Assembly (NCBI GenBank): GCA_951406725.2
Contig: OX597815.1
Location: 51,336,001 to 51,400,000 of the forward strand
Direction of reading: 5' to 3'
Origin: Octopus vulgaris
Lineage: Eukaryota
DNA length: 64,000 bases
Part shown: piece after piece, positions 48,951 through 62,549 of the stretch
Position numbering within the stretch: the first letter of the stretch is position 1
How the letters are laid out: each line of letters begins with the position of its first letter
Notes under the pieces: model-generated
What the model saw: only the letters and a program-made list of their open reading frames with translations
Databases searched by the model: none
Told to the model about the DNA's origin: nothing
Position numbers and translations under genes: made by a program

Positions 48951-50790
48951 TAATCTGAGGAGAATGCTACCTTAACCCATGACTTCACAGTTATTAGACC
49001 AGCATCCTAACATCATATCTGTCTTGATACTTCTAGCCAATAATGGAGTTAGCATGTAACCAACATGATAAAAACTTTGTATCTTGTAAACTCAGAATAC
49101 AACAAACAACAACAACAATGGCTGCAGCAACAGCAACAACAACAACAACAATCCTTCCTAGTAAAGTTTCTATGGGAAATTTTTCCAACATGGACATCAA
49201 AAAAGGCTGGGCAGTGACATTATTCGTTGATTAAACAGGATGTAGGATATGAAACCATTCATAACTATCTAAGAACAGATTGAAGTTGATATGAAAGATC
49301 ACATACTTTCTCAGCACTCTTCCTTTTTATGCTCATTTCAATAAACAATAGAAGTAGAAGGAATTGGAACTGTGATAACAAATTCTTCCACTTTTTCTTC
49401 TTTTTCTTTCTTTTATCTTCCTTTTTTATTGTTGTTGTTATTTAATGAAAACACCAAAATAGTTTCAAGAAGATTGATTCAGAAAATTTCCTTTTCTTGT
49501 CTTTCTTACTATCATTAGAAAATATTTTGTGGTTTTTTTAATTGCTGATTTCTAAAATTAACTTTGTTTCTCTGTTGTTTTCACAACGTTCACAACCCAA
49601 ACATTATTTACATTTTTGTGACAAATATTTTTAACATGATTTGAAAATAAAAAGAGTATTTGTAAAAAGAAAACCTAAAAACTGCATTAAATGACATGCA
49701 ATAGAGTGTTTTAAACTGGAAAGATGAGAAAATTACAGATGTTAGATAATTTGAGGAAGGGAAGAATACATAAAAGTCTGTAATAAAACTGAGCAATAAA
49801 CAAGAGAAAACCCATACTTTAATGTTGTCCACCTACAAAACAATCATATTTACAGTTTCTTTGAAAGTCTTTAAAAGTTTTGTGTTGCTATGATTTTAAC
49901 ATCTCTTAGACACATTAGTAAATTTTTTCATCAAAATAAGCATTATATATGAAGTACATTTGCATAATAAAAGTACTTTCAGCATGAATATGCTAAGAGA
50001 ATTTACAACACATAGACATGTTTTTGTTTTCTTTTTAAGCCTGTACAAACAAAATCATACAGAGGCATACAAGAATTATTTTCAGCAAATTAGGTGAAAC
50101 ATTAACTGAAGACTTCATTGTATAAACAATCAGATATTAAAATATAAACAATAAGATTTTAAAAGGCAAACACTTTGATTTACAAAACAGAATATTGGTG
50201 ATTTGCAAATCAAATCAACTTATGGTGTCCCAAAGTAGGACAGCCAGAAAATTATGCAAATAAACTTCATGTACAAATTTATCATTATTAACGGGTTAAA
50301 ACAAGAAAAAAAATTTGCTTGAATTTAATTTATAATCACCAACAGTCTATCCATATTGCATATCAAGAATTAGAGAAACAATTTGGTTTTTACTGAGATT
50401 TAAACTTGTGTTTTTCTGGGGAAGTGGGGGCCACCCTCAGAATTTTAGAGTCAGAAATGAGTAGAAAAGAGTTTTAAGTAAAACAAGCAAGAAAGAGTGA
50501 GGAAGCTACTGACTTAAGGTTGGAGCCAGTGAACAAAAATAAGAGATAGATTAATAATTACTCTTTTGTATTTTTACACAGACACACTCACACACACACA
50601 TATACACACGGAATTTTACGAGTAATAATGGAAGCTTCAATTGTGTCTATTACATTGTGTTAAGCTTTTCAGAAGCATGGTCTAAAATTGGGAATAGATT
50701 TTATAAGAATTTAAGCTTGAGTCAAGTCTGACTTGAATGCTTACAACAGAGTGAATTTTGCTACAGGCAGTCAAATACCAAGTGACACTG

Positions 50791-51018
50791 TTAACCCTTT
50801 AGCATTCAGATTACTCTGTCAAATGTAATGCTTATTCATTCATATTGTTTTGATTTAATCATATTTCATCTTATACCTTCAATATTTCAATGATGAGATT
50901 GTTTATTTTAAGAATGACATTGTAGGTTAGGTGTGAGATGCCAGATTTAGTCAGTTTGAATATAAAACAAGAGGAATATTTTGGCTGGATATGGCCAGTT
51001 TAAATGCTAAAGAGTTAA
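50791..51018. mobile_element. piggyBac-type MITE
   Basis: TTAA-CCCTTTAGCATT ... AATGCTAAAGAG-TTAA. Confidence 0.85.
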
Positions 51019-52227
51019 ACTGGGTATTGTTTTAGGGCTTACCACTCAATAATGCTGACCCAAGTCACAATATCCTCCCACATTAATTAACTACTACAAC
51101 AGCTAAACACTGTTATTGTGGTGGTTTTCTGCAATAACTGCTTGTTTCTGTAACAAATCAGGCTTTTCATAACCTTACATCAATGATCTGTTGTAAATTG
51201 TTATTAACAGAACAAACTGTGCAAGCATTTTGTACGAAATATTTTCATGCAATGTTTATGCACATACATATAGAGAGACATAGACAACACACACATTCAC
51301 AAAAACATGCACAATAATCCTCAGTTTTATTACATATATCCACACATGGCTGAAAATAAAAGAAGGGGGAAGAGAGATAGGGAGAAAGAGAGAGAGAGGG
51401 GGGAGAATGTGTCTAGCATAAATATTAAAATATAATCAACAACACCTTGGTATTCAATAACCAATTTGAAATTTCAGGTCGAAGTATTTTTACTCTTGGC
51501 AGTACAAAAACATTAACATCATAGTGGATGCTTTCCGAAAAACACAAAAATAGTAAATAAATGCATAAAAAAGAAAACGAACTAATAAATAAATAATAAA
51601 ATAAACTATATATATAAATTATCACTAGTTTGCAAGGTTTTTCCATTTTCTATCTTAATATTCCCTGACAATTTTGTTAATGATACATCCTTAGCTACAT
51701 GATACCTAGTTCATTATAAAGAATTCTTCCCCGTGAATAAACTACTTATTCATTCTTTGTAATTTGCCGGAACTCATTTAGGCTTCCAATGCTAACGCCC
51801 CATTAAAAGCCGGAGTCGTGACTTTATTCAAACAATCTATTTTTGTCAAAGCAGCAAGCATAAATGGCCAATACTGTAAACAACAGAGGCTAGCTATTGA
51901 TCTATTACTTTTTTTCCTTTTTCTTCTTCTTTCCAAAGACAACAACAAAAAAGTTATTAAAGAAATTTTGTAACTCATTTTTAACTGTGAAGATGACTGA
52001 AAGTAAAATTCCATAGCACTTAAAAGCTCTCCTTCATATTTTGCTAAATTTACACATTTCTCTATGAGAACACTTTATGTTCTTCACACAAAGAGCACAC
52101 AACCTTAACTACACAAATGGTTTCATTTGCGTGTCTACACTTGGAAAATATCATTAATATGAACATCTAGTGTTCAAAATTTATTTTCCTTCCTTCTGAA
52201 AGCAATGGAAAAGTAGTACATGAAATT

Positions 52228-52430
52228 AATAATGATGTTGAGGATGAGGACGATAAAGATGATAATGGTGGTGGTGGTAGTGGAAGAGGTGGTGGCAGTG
52301 GTGGAGGTAGTGGTGGCAGTTGTGGAGGTGGTGGTGGCAGTGGTGGTTGTAATGATGCTGATGATGATGACAACAACGAAGTTGATGACGATGCTGCTAA
52401 CAATAACTATGATGATGATGATGATGATAA
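52228..52430. repeat. degenerate (GAT)n/(GGT)n trinucleotide tract
   Basis: Seen directly. Confidence 0.9.
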
Positions 52431-53374
52431 ATGATTTTAAATTCAACCACACATATTTACATCTGCTCTTATTACCACTACCATCATTAATATCAACATC
52501 ATCATCATTAACATTATTTCAGTATCCAATTATCAAAACAGGCATGCTTTTTTGGTTGGATCTACCACATGGCACATCCCTATCTAACTCCTTTGTCATC
52601 TTACCCAATCACCTAACAAGGTGATTAGGTCAGTACCATTTTAACTCTTCACACCCACCCTACTAGTCTTACTCTTCCATAAAAAGAGCCCCACAACTTG
52701 TAGCACCTCTCTACCCAAAAGCTATCCTTAATTTGTGTTACTGTGTTTAAACAATTACAGTCATCTCTACAACACAAAACAACTGATCAAGAAAGAAGCT
52801 TGGCTACTTTCTAGATCTCAGTTTCTTTTACAAGCTATACACACTTAAATAATATTCAAAAACTGCAAATTCTTCACATTCATTTCACATATTTCTCCAC
52901 CATGAAACAACATTTTTGTACATATATCTTAAAAGGTCTGCTTGATTTTGTAAAGAGAAATTATGTTATTTAGATAGAGGCACTGCACCATTTTGTGTTC
53001 TCTGCTACCCACTAATATTTGAATAGACTTTTAGGTCATTTGACATTTAAGTACTATTCAAAATTTCCTTTCATTTCCCTTTTGTTGCTTGTCAAAGAGG
53101 TTATGTAAGAAAACTAGTCTGATCTTGGCATAAGCAAAGTATATTATTCCACTCTGATAACAATATTCATTCCTAAAATTAGCACGAAGTCATACATTTT
53201 GAGGGAGAAAGTATAATCTACTAAATGACATTATTTGACCGGAACTTTATTTTATGGACCCCATAAAGAAAAGAAACAAAGCTGACCTTACATTTCAAAT
53301 ATAAAGAGCTGTAACAAAATATTTTAAAACATTTTGTCCAATACTTAAATGGTTCGGCCAATCCACAATAATAT

Positions 53375-53570
53375 TGATTTCAAATTTTGACACAAGGTCA
53401 GTGATTTTGGGGATAGGGTAAGTAAATTACATTGACCTCAGTGTTCAACTGGTATTTATTTTATCAACTCTGAAAGGATGAGATGCAAAGTCAACCTTGG
53501 CAGAATATGAACTTAGAACATAACGATGGACCAAATACTTCTAAGCATTTCACCTGGAATGCAAACCAAT
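53375..53570 (-). mobile_element. SINE family B
   Basis: Reverse complement of 8337-8557. An older copy lies adjacent at ~53215-53370. Confidence 0.75.
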
Positions 53571-53610
53571 CTACCATAATATTGATAAAGCATCTGTATT
53601 TTAGTAATAG

Positions 53611-53763
53611 TTGACAAGTGGTTCATCATCGGAAAACTTATCTGTAATAGACCCACAGCTTATCCAGCAAGAAAATCATCACTCATCTGCAGATCACTCA
53701 TCAACTGTACGAGTCCTTAGGATCCAGAATGATGTAGCATCTATAGAGCAGTTACAAAGAGAT
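53611..53763 (+). CDS. candidate exon (LTSGSSSENLSVIDPQLIQQENHHSSADHSSTVRVLRIQNDVASIEQLQRD), product unknown
   Basis: Protein-like composition, weak acceptor ttttagtaatag, 153 nt, donor GAT|gtaaga, phase 0-0. Confidence 0.3.
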
Positions 53764-54959
53764 GTAAGATTACTGGCCAGTGATGTCTTGTGCAAGTATA
53801 GAGACTGTTTCTCTTTGTAGCATTAAGCTAGAAGCTGAAAAATAAACTTGCTGTGTAATGTGAACAGAAGTCAATAGATGGTGCTCCCAAAACCCATCAG
53901 AGTAAGGAATGATTATGAATATTTACAGAGAGAACAAGCGGTCTCTCAGAGTTGTTTATGCATCCAATGCAGTGTGTACCGAACAGTAAATATAAATAGC
54001 TAAGAACTGAAAAGTGCTTGAACTGATTTGCTGCAAGATATAGCTCATTAATTTTATTACTTAAACAGACTAAATATCTATTTCTTATACACAAATCAAA
54101 TGAGATGAGCAAACAAAAGAGCCTCTATGTTATTGCTCAACCTGAAATTATATTCTGCTGTTTTAAAATAAAAGTCCTATATACACTACCAGAAAAGAAG
54201 ATAGAGTGGTAAGGCAGAATGCCTCTGAACATAGGTCTTCTCATTCAGAGATCATCTGCAACTGAACAAAGTTAATACATCAGGAGTTTGATAATTCGCT
54301 ATCAGAATTATGTATTGACAACTTGTGTCAACTAATTTAAATGAAATGGATGCTATAACAATTATACCTCTCTGAGGAACACTAACCAGGAAAGGAAAAT
54401 GAGTACAAAATGGGATACACTGCTCAAATTTCTAAGTGCCAAGTTCTCTACTCTGCATGCTCCCAGCTTCAAAATATAAACTGTCAAAAGAATCACTCTG
54501 CTAGTCAAGTGATCAAACTGGTATGAGAAACAAGAGTTAGTGACAGTTTGGTTTATTAGGTGCAAAGTAACTGAAAGATGTGCAAACTGGTGCTTGTGTG
54601 AGTGTTAAAGACATTTTCTTCAAGTGAAAAATAAAAGTGCAATGCTTTATGACAGTGAAATAAGAGTTGTAATTAATATGAAGAAATAAATATAGAGCCT
54701 AGAAATATTGAATTAAGGTAGAGAAAGTGTCAGAATGCAAGTGTGTGTTCACATACATGTGTATGTACCTTTATGGCCAATTTTCTATACTAGCATGGAT
54801 GGAGTGGTATGCTTGTTAAGGTTATTGTTTTCTATAGCAGAGGAAAATACCATGAATGTGTGTGTGTAGGGGGTGCATGTGTGCATGCATGTGAAGCTCA
54901 CTCACACAAATGCCCATGTTCATGCACCCATTTATACAAATACACGCTTTACATTCATT

Positions 54960-55056
54960 AAGCTGAACAAGAATTTTATCAGAGTCTTATGCTCTGTAGA
55001 CAATGGGAAAGTTAGTTGTTGAATGAGACAAGTTAAAATTATGCATGAGAGAGAAG

Positions 55057-55101
<45 letters not shown>

Positions 55102-55236
55102 TGTGTGTGTGTGTGTACACATTGCTTCTGATCACAATTTACATAGGACATTTCTGCAAGTCACAGATACTATGTGTTGCTTTTTTCCAGTTCCATTTGA
55201 ATTACATGTCTACACTCAAGTTCTTTTTGCTATCAT

Positions 55237-55269
<33 letters not shown>

Positions 55270-55300
55270 GAGAGAGAGAAAGAGAGAGACAGGCAAACAG
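54960..55300. repeat. left arm of a diverged inverted duplication
   Basis: Aligns with the reverse complement of ~57030-57350, for example CATTTGAATTACATGTCTA versus TAGACATGTAATTCAAATG. Confidence 0.75.
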
Positions 55301-56059
55301 ACAGAGAGACTTCTGCCACTCGTTAATGTCCATGCAGGAATAACCTTGCTGTAAACAGGATAGGTAATGGTACGAAATTCCAAGTATTTAGAGTATAAAA
55401 AAGTATTCACTTTCCCCATCTTTGGTCATTTAAAAAAACACACATTATGATACATTATGGGAGCTTCTTTCTGTTTATTTTTCTTTTTGAGTTACAGAGA
55501 GAAAATGAGCAGCACCAAATGATATTTGTAGGAATCCACAGATAGACGAAACTTTTGCAATTAATACTAACTTTAAACATCTGTAAGTTTATGGATTGAA
55601 ATAAGAGAAATGTGGATGGAGATGGAATTCTAGTGTTGAAACTCTGGGAATAAGTAAGTTGACAAATATAGGAGAGACATCACAGAGGTGACAAAAGAAG
55701 AGGTGGGTGTCCGATGGAAATTTCAGGAAGAGGCATGTAACTAGCTAATTCAGGCATATTTTGTGAGGTTGACCAGAGGTTGTATGCTGATGGGTGAACC
55801 ATTACCAATCAGTCAGATGGTCTTATTTCAGAGCAAGTCTAATTTGTGTGTGTGTGTGTGTGCACGCACATGCATGCACACACATGCATGTGCATACATG
55901 TTTAGCTGCACCACTATCCAAGATATGCAAACACCATGCCTGTGTAGGCATTATTTGAGCTTAATAAAGAGTCATCAACCAATCAAAGCTGAGATATTTT
56001 TCACTCTGCTGTCAAAGCCAAGCCTTCGGGATGCAATTTCAACAATGTCTAGAGATCAT

Positions 56060-57025
56060 GGGAGATGTGAACTAATATTTGTAGAGTATTTGAAGCTTTA
56101 AGTTGTATTTTGATTATCTACAGATGGTGGAATACAAAAATGCTTGTTTGATATTTGTAGGGACAGAGTCATTGTGCTCTTGAGAGAGAAAAGGCTCTCC
56201 ATGTCCAAAGTGAAGGATATTTAGTAGAACTCTGTTCCTCTTTATATACAGATAAACTGATTTTCATTGCATATTCTGTCAAAGAGCTGCAGAAAAGATT
56301 CCAAGCATGGAAATGAGAGAGAGTCACAGTATGGTAAATATCAAAATACTGACAAGTACTAGATAGTATAAACAGCCAGGACCATCTGAGAAGTGAATTT
56401 GTTGGATATATAGGAAAGATGTGAGCAGGAACACAGTATTGAATACTCAGAGCAAGCAATGGCTGTGGATACACAAAAGATACACAGGATCTTTAGCAAA
56501 CAGACATTGGACTAAGTGTTGAAATGTGACATGAGTCACAGTAGGTTCGTCTATGAAATAAAGTATTTTTTAGCTGCTCTCAGGGTATAGTAGATGATGT
56601 CTGATACCAAAGTGACATGATTAATGCTAGTGAGTTATAATAAACAGTAGCAGAAGTGAGAAAGAGATGGGGTAAGATCAGAGTTTTTCTTCTTTTTTTT
56701 TTTATTATTCATCAATTGGTAACAAATACTCTCTCTTGCAAAGTAAAGAGAAGATATTGTATGAAGCATATATAAGAAATGTGTTTCTGCATGGCACTGA
56801 ATATAAAAGGGTCTTCAGAGGCCGGAGAGAAATGAGTCGAGTAAAATCTATTGGAAGTGTAATATTAACTTGTATTAAAGACAGAGCACAACTGAGGTCA
56901 AAAATTGCTGGACATTAAAAGACATCAGTCAAAATGTGCAAGACAGAAGACTGCATTGATATGAATATATGAAGAGAATGGACAATGGGTGCTGAATGAA
57001 TAAGAGCTGTGTGAAAAGTACCTGA
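56060..57025 (+). mobile_element. RTE-clade LINE, heavily decayed RT fragment
   Basis: LYTDKLIFIAYSVKELQKRFQAWK (resembling LYADDLVLIA..EL) and LSLQSKEKILYEAYIRNVFLHGTE (resembling LY...VR..MLHGSE). Confidence 0.7.
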
Positions 57026-57029
57026 GACA

Positions 57030-57350
57030 GATGTCTCTCTCTCTCTCTCTCTCTCTCTTTTCTCTCTCTTCCTGCTTTTCTGTCTCTCTCTCTCACACAC
57101 ACACAAAAAGACAACTACAACAACATGGGTATAGACATGTAATTCAAATGAAACTGAAAAAACAGCAAAACACACTAACTATGACTTATAGCAGTACCCA
57201 ATATAAATTGCTCTCACAGAGATAATGGGTACATTCTCTGTCTCTTTCTCTTTTTCTCTCTTTCACTCTCATACATTACAGAGTCACATAATGAGAACCA
57301 ACTTTAGCCAAGCATAGAACATGATTGAATTATTGTTTACTTTATTTACT
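57030..57350. repeat. right arm of a diverged inverted duplication
   Basis: See 54960-55300. Confidence 0.75.
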
Positions 57351-58769
57351 TTGGTTGCCTCATTTAACAAATATTCCACAAACATCCCAACTAATTCAAC
57401 AGATAACATCCATTTCTCTTTCATTGATCCGCATATCAATTCTTTAACTCAACATATTACTTTGATCTCCGACTGTAGATAAACAACTCTGAAAATCACA
57501 ACTCTCTACCACCATCACCACCACTGCCAGCACCACTATCACCATCACTACCCTACACTGCCACATTATCCAACAAAGAACAAGCAAAACAACATCCTCA
57601 CTAACCAAAATAACAGAAAAAAAGAAAAACTAAAAAAAAAATACAAAACCTACATACAAAAAAAGTGATGATAATTAAAAACCTCTGACTGCATTCTTTC
57701 TCGCTAATATTTTCAAACATAATAAAATTCTTTGAAAAGCAAAATCAATTTTGTGACTTCCATTTCCAATGTATTTAGAATATTGACTGCTGTTGAAATT
57801 CACAAAAATAGTGTGAAATTATATGGCCTGAGAGGTAGCACGGTTAAATTTCAATGACAATGTTTGTTATTGTACTACAAGCTCAAGTGCTCTGGTAATT
57901 TCAGACAGCTATATTTTGGCTATTCAATAATTTGTCTTTTCGTAAGCAAGTCAATTTGGTAAATAATGTTGTAATTTTTCATGATAATTTATAGTGGCAC
58001 GCATTCGTGTGACAAGAGTACTAAGTAACCCCTTTATACAAAATTAAACAACATAATTTTGTGTAAGTGGAGACCAATACACAGATTTCCGTGAAATTTG
58101 CTTCATTAAATTAATAGAAAAGCAATCTAAAAACTGTTGTGATTTCTGTCTTTTAGTAACTTCATTTTTATTACATTCTTGTTTGCAACTTTCCAAAATT
58201 CCAATAAAGATATAACAATATTTTTTTTTAAATGTTCATACACAAGCTTTGCTATAAAATACAGTATTCTGTCATAGGTTATGAACAAATTTCACTAAAA
58301 TAATGCAATATTCCACCAGTAATCAATATACTCTCTGTTAATATCACTGCCTTTTATATATTTTACTTTTATTTTGTTTCTACCATAGTTTGATAATATT
58401 TATCAATTTTTGGACCACAAATAAATCTCAGTCCAATGTCAGAAACTCAGTCCCCCCCCACACACACACACACGTGTGCAGTCTAGTGGTTAGGATGTTG
58501 TGCTCATGATCATAAGGTCAAGGGTTCAATTCCTGGACAGGGTAGAATGTTATGTCCTTGAGCATGATACTTAATTTCATATTTCTCTGGTCTTTTCTGC
58601 TGAACATGAGTATCAGCCCTATCTCCCTCCAGCTGTCACACAATATATATATATATATATATATGTATGTACACACACACGTATATATAGGCATGGCCAT
58701 GTGGTTAAGAAGTTTGCTTTAAAACCCCATGATTTTGAGTTCAGTCACATTGTGCAGGACTTTGGGCAA

Positions 58770-59078
58770 TGACCATGACATTGCACCTAGAAAGTTCCCC
58801 TCCAAGGCACAAGTCTGGCAAGGTTGTTTATGAAAGACCAGCAGTTGCCCATGCATACTAGCACCCCTCTCCATGCCACTAATGTTATCCAAGGGTAAGG
58901 CAGAGGTCAATACAACTTGGTACCAGTGACGTTGCAACTCAATTCTACAGTTGAACAGGAGCAATGTGAAATAAAGTGTCTTGCTCAAGAACACAACACA
59001 CAGCCCAGTTAGGGAATCAAACTCACAACTTCATGATTATGAGACCAACACTCTAACCACTGAGCCATGCACCTTCAT
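58770..59078 (-). mobile_element. tRNA-derived SINE
   Basis: Minus strand head TGGCTCAGTGGTTAGAG..GAGTTTGATTCC, then GTTCTTGAGCAAGACACTTTATTTCACATTGCTCC. Its tail matches 23305-23450. Confidence 0.8.
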
Positions 59079-59619
59079 GTTGACCAGGAGTTGACCAGGG
59101 CTTTTACTGATGATAGACAGACATTGAGTCATATATAATGCAAAATGTAATCCAATGACAGTTATCTTTCAGCTTTTAGCTTTTACTTGTTTCAGACATT
59201 AGACTGTGGCCAAGTTGGGGCACTGTCTTGAAGAATTTTACTCAAAAAATGAACCAAACCCAGTATTTACTTTTTCTTTAAGCCTGGCACTTATTTTGAC
59301 ATTATTCATTACCCATTACATATGTTACATTTTCCATTTTGGATTACAGATAAATGCAGATGTACTTCAAGAGGACACAGATTAGATTATAACTCTTGCC
59401 TGTGCTGGTTTCATGTAAAAAGCACTCATTCCACTCTGAGGAGTGGTTGGTGTTAGGAAGGGCATCCAGCTGTAAAAACTATGCCAAAACATACAGTGAT
59501 GCATAGTGCAGTCCTCAGGCTTGCCAGCTCCTGTCACACTGTCCAGCCCATTCTATCATGGAAAGTAGATGTTAAATGATGATGATGATGATGATGATAC
59601 ATATAGATATATATATATA

Positions 59620-59780
59620 TAATGGGCTTCTTTCAGTTTTCATCTACCAAATCCACTCACAAGGATTTGATCAGCCTGAGGCTATATTAGGAAACACTTG
59701 CCCAAAGTGCCATGCAGTGGGACTGACCCTGCAACCATTTGGTGGGGAAGCAAACTTCTTACCACATAGCCATGCCTGTG
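59620..59780 (-). mobile_element. SINE family A, 5' half
   Basis: Reverse complement of the family head. Confidence 0.75.
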
Positions 59781-62319
59781 CCAAAGCATTTCATACTGAT
59801 ATCAGTGGAACATATAAGCAATAAAAAATTAAGAACACTAGGTTATTCAGATCATGCACAAAATGAATTGTAATGAATAATTACAGGCATGAAATAATAG
59901 CACCTGTGCCAGTGCTAAGTAAAAATGTATCCATGCTGATGTCACTTAAAAGGACACCTGTACTAATGTCATGTAAAAAAAAGCACCCATGCTGGTGACA
60001 TGTAAAAATCACTCAGTACACTTTGTAAAGTGGTTGGCATTAGGAAGGGCAAAAACAGACGACTGGAACCTGGTGCAACTATCCAGCTTGCCACCTCCTG
60101 TCATATATTTTGAGTTCAAATCTCACAGTGAAAGATATAAGTGGCAGGCTTAATCCAATGCCCAGTTTAATACAACCACCTGAAACCTTGAGCATCTTTA
60201 GCAGACATCACTCTATTGCCTTCATTTAGACCAAGTATTAGGAATACATGCTTCCTTTCCTCCCATCCACCAGTCTCAGAAGCCTACTAAAAAGTCATGG
60301 ATACTATTCATCTCTCTTGACTAAAAAAAAATAAGAATAAAAAAAATGAAAAAAATTATTCTAAACATAACCTAGACTGCTACTGACTGCCAACATTTCT
60401 CCAAGATGTTCTGAAATACAATAGAATGCACAAGAGCACAGGTAAACTGTATATGTACATAAATAGGGATGGAAATAAGTATCAAAAATTTGTTGTTGTT
60501 GTTTAAATTAAGTTTAGCTTTGATTGAACAGATTCCAGCTACGATGATCCATCTTATTTTTTTTTCTTCTTTTCAAACAAATGTATCGAGGTTTATATTA
60601 TACAAAGTGCTGTTCCTTTGTTTAAGATCTTAGATGTGATTCAAAGGAGATATGGCTCCTATTTTAACAGACTAAATAACTACTTATGATGGGTCCTAGA
60701 TGTCCACTATTAGCAACCAGAAGAGAGAGAGAGAGAAAGGTGTATAAAATATAATAGTAACTAATTCGTTCAATAACAACTTTAATAGAACATTTCAATT
60801 AAACAAAATAAATACAATTTAAGAAAAAGTATTCAATAAAAATAATAGCAACAAAAAAAAAAACTTATGAGTTGTGTTCTTATAAGAATTGTTTGGTTTT
60901 AATTGTCTGTGGCAAAAGGTTCCACTCATTAAAGGTCAAGAATATTTGTACAGAATAGCTACTGGAGCAATTGAATAGTTTAGTAACAAATTTTACTACA
61001 TTACAATTCTGATTCATGCAACAGAAAAATATTTGAATAACACACTAAATAAATTTCATCACATAACTACAGCAGTATTTCTTTTTTCTTTTTAGAAACT
61101 TCACTGCTACAGTTGCTATTGCTACCACAATCCTCAGCCTCATCATCATCTTCACTGCCACCACTACTACCACTTCCATCATTATCAGCATCAAGTGCAT
61201 CTAAACACGATACACAATGTTCAGTGTTGATCTGCTTCCAAAGTGCTAGTGATACACACTTCTTCTATAATGAGATCTGTATTTCACCTCGACAATGATG
61301 CCAAAGCTGTCCCTAAGTTGTATATGATGTCGGTCCCAGAAGCCTCTCTACTTCAATGAATTCATTTATCTTCCATCATTTCTTTGTGACAGATGCCAAA
61401 CTTGTTTCACTAAAGAATCTTTCTTGCAGCCCCTTAGGAATACTGTAGGTAAAACTCAAGTTTCTTCTTAATTCATTAGCAAAGAAGCTTAGAGAATCAC
61501 AGTCAATTTTACTATTTTTCACTCAGATATAGGATGAGTGATATAATCTTATGATAGAAAACAGAAAGACAGTTATTATAACCCAGTCTCTGATTTTTGT
61601 TGGATTTTTATTTATCTGTTTTATTTTTTTTGTTCAAGAAGTTATATTATTACCACAAATATATGAAAGAAAAAATTCCCTAGTCAAATTATTTAAAAAT
61701 AAATGAAAAAATATTAAAAAAAAACTATGCAAACTTAATTTGTAATTTAAACCTAAAAACTGCAATTTTAAACCAAATACTCCATCACTTTACACTTTCA
61801 ATAGGAAAATTATATTTTTCTTTAAAAATAAATATATGTCAGAATTTATATATTCCAACACAGATTATTCATACATACCACTCACTGTATGATCTCATTT
61901 TGTGTAACTACATATACTTACAAATGTGTATTTATATGAAATAATGTTGAAATCAATTTTTTATTTTTAAAATAAAAAAAGTTTCTTTCATGGACTCAAG
62001 CATGGTTATGTGGTTAAAAAAGTATTCAACAAACTGGTAGAGTATGGCTTTTGGTTTGATTCCACTGTGTAACTACATCTTAGGCAAGTATTTTGTCCTA
62101 TAGCATCAGGTTGACCTCATGCTCTGGGAGTAATATTTAGGAGTCAGTAACAGTGTTGAAGCACATCATATGTGTGTATAAGCACATACATGTGTGTGTG
62201 TGTGTGATTGTGTGTGTGCATGTGCACATGAAGATGGATCTCCATTAGTTTCAACAATGAGTGTTCACTTATTCTGAATGAACTATTCTTTGAATTAAGT
62301 CACTCAGACATGTGAAACC

Positions 62320-62549
62320 TTAACCATAATAGCATTTAAACCAGCAGTATCTGACATAAAATATTCTACCCATTTTATGTCCAAACCACCTAGATCCAGA
62401 CTTTCTCATCTACCCTGCAATGTTACTCTGAAAATGAACAAACACATAATCAGAATCTTGAAATTTCAAGATAATGCACAATAAATTCAAAACAATGTAA
62501 ATAAATAAGCATTACAATCAACAAAATAGCTTGAATGCTAAAGGATTTA
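62320..62549. mobile_element. piggyBac-type MITE, decayed ends
   Basis: Interior collinear with 37086-37313. Confidence 0.7.

Noticed and set aside
52167-52624. Pro-rich, Thr-rich and Val-rich ORFs
   Set aside because: Degenerate trinucleotide repeat, open on both strands.
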